Assembly: GCA_964291265.2 (NCBI GenBank)
Contig: OZ219747.1
Location: forward strand, 4,000,001-4,064,000
DNA length: 64,000 nucleotides
Direction: 5' to 3'
From: Alphaproteobacteria bacterium
GTDB taxonomy: Bacteria; Pseudomonadota; Alphaproteobacteria; SP197
Positions 60,778 through 64,000 of the stretch are shown piece after piece. A program made the position numbers and the translations under genes. How positions within the stretch are numbered: position 1 is the first letter of the stretch; the number at the start of each line of letters is the position of its first letter. The notes beneath the pieces were generated by a model. The model was not told where the DNA came from. It searched no databases and saw nothing but the letters and a program-made list of their open reading frames with translations.

Positions 60778-62271
60778 ATGGCGATCGACGAGGACACGCG
60801 GGCGACGATCGTGCGGCTGTCGCGGGCCGAGGGCTGGGCTGTGGGGACGATTGCCCGGCATCTCGGCGTGCACCACGGCACGGTGACGCGGGCGCTCAAG
60901 GCGTCGGGGCAGGAGCGGCGGCCGCGGGCCAAGCTCATCGACCCCTTCGTTGCCTTCCTCGGGGAGCGTCTTGAGGCGTCGCCGGACCTTCCGGCCAGCA
61001 CGCTCTGGCGACAGGTCGTGGCTCTGGGCTACCGCGGCGGCGAGGATCACTTCCGTCACGACCTGCGCCGCCTTGGGCTGAGGCCGGTGAAGAGGCCCGA
61101 GCCGTCGCTGCGGCTGAGCTTCCTTCCGGGCGAGCAGGCGCAGGTTGACTGGGCCGAGTTCGGGAAGGTCCGCATCGGCCGGGCGGAGCGCAGGCTCATG
61201 GGGCTTCTCGTCACCCTCAGCTACTCGCGCCAGACTGTCCTGAGCCTGTTCCACGACGCGCGGATGGCCAGCTTCCTGCAAGGCCATGTCGAGGCTTTCG
61301 CGGCATTCGGGGGTGTGCCGCGGAGGCTTCTGTACGACAACCTGAAGAGTGCCGTGGTGACGCGCCGCGGCAAGGCGGTCACCTATCATCCGATGCTGCT
61401 CGGCCTCGCGGCCCACTATGCCTTCGAACCGAGCGCCGCCTGGCCCAGGAGCCCGCAGGAGAAGGGCCGCGTGGAACGCCGTGTGCGCTTCGCGCGCACC
61501 GGGTTCTTCGCCGGGCGCGACATCACGGTCCCGCTCGGCGAGCTCAACGCCGCGGTTCGGGAGTGGTGCTTCGGCGCCGCCGCGGAGCGGCCCTGGCCGG
61601 ACGACGACAGTCTCCTGGTGCGGGACGCCTTCGCCCGGGAGAGGGAGCACCTGATCGTCCTTCCCGCCGATCCCTTCCCGCATCACGAGGTCCGCCCGGT
61701 GCGCATCGACAAGACCTGCCACGCCCGCTTCGACACCAACGACTACAGCGTTCCGGGTAGCTTCTCCAAGGCCCTGCTGACGCTGGTCGCCGACCGCGAC
61801 GAGGTCCGCATCCTCGACGGCGCCGACGAGGTCGCGCGCCACCGACGCTCCTACGACAGGAAGCAGGCCGTCACCGATCCGGAGCATGCCAGGGCGATCG
61901 CCGCGGGCAAGCGGCGGGCCCGCTCCATGAGCGTCCGCGACCGGGTCCTGCGCACCGTGCCGCGGGCCGAGGAGATGCTGGCGCGCGCCGGGACCAACGG
62001 GCGCAACGTGGCCTCCTGCGCCCGGATGCTGGAGACGCTTCTCAACGCGCACGGCGCCGACGCTCTCGACCGGGCTGTCGCCACGGCCCTGGAGCGCGGC
62101 TCGTGCCACCCCGAAACCGTGCGCGTCATCATCGAGGAGCGCCGCCGGGAGCAGGGCCTGCCGCCCCTCAGCATCGCCGACGACGGCCGCGGCGGCCGTG
62201 GCACGACGCCGCGGGGGACCGCTCTCGACGCCTACGACAGGCCCGAAGCCAGCGCCAGGAACAAGACATGA
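60778..62271 (+). CDS. istA: IS21-family transposase
   Basis: IARHLGVHHGTV HTH, PGEQAQVDW, LSYSR, FGGVPRRLLYDNLKSAV, EKGRVER, FDTNDYSVP. Confidence 0.93.
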   Translation: MAIDEDTRATIVRLSRAEGWAVGTIARHLGVHHGTVTRALKASGQERRPRAKLIDPFVAFLGERLEASPDLPASTLWRQVVALGYRGGEDHFRHDLRRLGLRPVKRPEPSLRLSFLPGEQAQVDWAEFGKVRIGRAERRLMGLLVTLSYSRQTVLSLFHDARMASFLQGHVEAFAAFGGVPRRLLYDNLKSAVVTRRGKAVTYHPMLLGLAAHYAFEPSAAWPRSPQEKGRVERRVRFARTGFFAGRDITVPLGELNAAVREWCFGAAAERPWPDDDSLLVRDAFAREREHLIVLPADPFPHHEVRPVRIDKTCHARFDTNDYSVPGSFSKALLTLVADRDEVRILDGADEVARHRRSYDRKQAVTDPEHARAIAAGKRRARSMSVRDRVLRTVPRAEEMLARAGTNGRNVASCARMLETLLNAHGADALDRAVATALERGSCHPETVRVIIEERRREQGLPPLSIADDGRGGRGTTPRGTALDAYDRPEASARNKT

Positions 62272-62969
62272 GCGAGCTCAGGGAGCGTGCCCGGGCGCTC
62301 GGCCTCCACGGGCTCGTCGAACGCTGGGACGAGGTCGCCGGGACCGCATGGATCGAGGAGGTGGTCAGCGGCGAGGAACAGGCCCGCAGGGCCCGCAGCC
62401 ACGAGCGCCGCCGCGCCGCGGCGCGGCTGCCCGCCTTCAAGCCCCTGGCGGACTTCGACTGGACATGGCCGCGCGACATCAGCCGGGCTCATGTCGAAGC
62501 GCTCCTCGGCCTCGGCTTCGTCGACCGTGCGGACAACGCCGTGCTCGTCGGCGGGCAGGGCACCGGAAAGACCATGATCGCCGCCAACGTGGCGCACCAG
62601 GCCCTGCTGCACGGCCACACCGTCCGCTTCGAGAAGGCGCCGGAACTGCTCGAGGCACTCGCCGAGACCGTCTCGCGCAGCGAGCTGCGCCGCCGCCTCG
62701 CGATCCTCGCCAGGCCCCGCCTGCTCGTCCTCGACGAAATCGGCTACGTGACCCTCGAAAGCCACCATGCCGACATCCTCTACGCCATCGTCTCGCGGCG
62801 CTATCAGCGCCGCTCGACCATGGTCACGACAAGCCTCGCCTTCGCCCAGTGGGACCGCGTCTTCCCCAGCGCCTCCGGCATCGCCGGCACCGTCGACCGG
62901 CTCATGCACGACGCAACCCTCATCTCCATCGACAGCGACTCCTGGCGGCTCAGGCGTGAAACCCGATAA
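62268..62969 (+). CDS. istB: IS21 helper ATPase
   Basis: LADFDW, VGGQGTGKT, LLVLDEIGY, RRYQRRST..TTSL.F.QW, VDRLMH, SWR. Confidence 0.93.
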   Translation: MSELRERARALGLHGLVERWDEVAGTAWIEEVVSGEEQARRARSHERRRAAARLPAFKPLADFDWTWPRDISRAHVEALLGLGFVDRADNAVLVGGQGTGKTMIAANVAHQALLHGHTVRFEKAPELLEALAETVSRSELRRRLAILARPRLLVLDEIGYVTLESHHADILYAIVSRRYQRRSTMVTTSLAFAQWDRVFPSASGIAGTVDRLMHDATLISIDSDSWRLRRETR

Positions 62970-63849
62970 ACCCCGCCGCGTCGACTTCGACGCCGTCAAG
63001 CGCATGCCGTTCGAACGCATCGCCGCCGACTGGGGATACGTCCGCGACGAACAGGCCTCGACACGCGCCAACCCCGTCCTGTGCGCACCCGGCCTGCCGA
63101 AGCTCGTCACGAAGTGCCTCAACAACGGACACTGGGTCTACTTCAACACCCAGAACGATGAAGACAACGGAACCGTCATCGACTTCATGCTCAACCGCGG
63201 ACTGGCCTTCGCCGACATCTGCACCCGCTTCACAGCACCCGACACCGCGCCACGCGACTTCCGCAGCCTCTGGGCCGCGGCAACGCCCGATGCGGCCCCG
63301 GACTGGCTCACCGGGCGCGGCATCCTCCCGGAGACCCTCGACACCTGCCGCCCCCTGGTCCGCCGCGACCACAACGGACGCGTCCTCTTCGCCCATCGCA
63401 ACAGGAAGCGAAAGCTCACCGGCTTCGAGATCGGTCCCCCCGACGGACCGAAACGCTTCGCCACCGGTGGAACCCGAAGCCTGTTCGCCGTCCGCGCCGG
63501 AACCGCCGCGGACCTCGAGGCCCTCGTCATCACCGAAAGCGCCGTCGACGCCCTCAGCCTGGCCCAGATCGACCAATGTCCCCCCAGCCACGCCTTCCTC
63601 TCCACCGCCGGGGCACCCTCGCGAAGACAGCACGAACAGATCAGCCTCGCCGCAAGCAGCCTGCCCAACGTCAGGACCATCGTCCTCGCCCAGGACCACG
63701 ACGAGGCCGGAGAGCGACAGGCCGAAACCCTGCGCAAAAAGATGAAGCTCCCCTCCCACGTCTCGTTCCACAGACGCAGACCGCCGGAAAACGCCGACTG
63801 GAACGACGTCGTCAACGCCAGGACCAAAGAACCACAAGCGAGATCATGA
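62956..63849 (+). CDS. DUF3991 + TOPRIM domain primase-like protein
   Basis: YFN..DDNGTVIDF, WLTGRGI, DHNGRVLF.H, TGFEI, VITESAVDALS, LSTAG, LAQDHDEAG, DWND. Confidence 0.85.
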   Translation: MKPDKPRRVDFDAVKRMPFERIAADWGYVRDEQASTRANPVLCAPGLPKLVTKCLNNGHWVYFNTQNDEDNGTVIDFMLNRGLAFADICTRFTAPDTAPRDFRSLWAAATPDAAPDWLTGRGILPETLDTCRPLVRRDHNGRVLFAHRNRKRKLTGFEIGPPDGPKRFATGGTRSLFAVRAGTAADLEALVITESAVDALSLAQIDQCPPSHAFLSTAGAPSRRQHEQISLAASSLPNVRTIVLAQDHDEAGERQAETLRKKMKLPSHVSFHRRRPPENADWNDVVNARTKEPQARS

Positions 63850-63875
63850 CCACGTCCGTCACAAGGAGACCACTC

Positions 63876-64000
63876 ATGCCCCTCACGCCCGCCGAAAAGC
63901 AGCGGCGATACCGGGAACGGCGCAAGGCCGGCATCCCTCCCGTCCACACCCCAAAGCATCGTGACCGGCGCTCGCGACCGCAACGCTGGAACGACGCCGT
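63876..64000 (+). CDS. Small basic protein, partial
   Basis: AAGGAG RBS, then MPLTPAEKQRRYRERRKAGIPP...DRRSRPQRWNDA to the window edge. Confidence 0.6.
   Translation, partial: MPLTPAEKQRRYRERRKAGIPPVHTPKHRDRRSRPQRWNDA

Larger units (their letters stand above)
59791..64000 (+). mobile_element. IS21-like element, inner copy, with Zn-finger, istA, istB, TOPRIM and a small ORF (right end outside the window)
   Basis: Starts at TGTTGATGGC; co-oriented overlapping genes follow. Confidence 0.85.

Noticed and set aside
1-64000. CRISPR array or cas genes, including a CAST-type reading of the transposons
   Set aside because: No repeat-spacer array and no cas or tniQ-like genes seen.

Overview
High-GC bacterial chromosome segment, most likely an alphaproteobacterium (inferred from gene order and from the porin and ABC transporter types). 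Core genes are tRNA-Pro(CGG), ispB, trmN6, icd, class II DAHP synthase, pncB, nadE, cysS, cimA, a TrmJ-like methyltransferase, rpsD, an alanine symporter, betA-like, ampG, an adenylate cyclase and a peptide ABC transporter. They are interleaved with intact and decayed toxin-antitoxin modules and mobile DNA. The most striking structure is at 25.2-36.8 kb: two porin + sulfotransferase cassettes in opposite orientation flank two intact tandem tyrosine recombinases. Only the left porin has a start codon and signal peptide. The right porin begins abruptly at a perfect 34-bp inverted repeat shared with the left one, which is the architecture of a recombinase-driven inversion switch for the porin. 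An IS4 element with a DUF4338-fused transposase and an IS66 element carrying a DNA adenine methylase sit inside the invertible segment, each with terminal repeats and a target-site duplication (TSD). From 52 to 64 kb lie two different DDE transposons that each carry a TOPRIM/primase-like gene. One also has an AAA helicase-like gene and iteron-like repeats; the other (IS21-like) appears to be inserted into a copy of itself. A remnant with two stacked group II intron 3' ends is also present. Family assignments come from motif recognition only; no database search was run.
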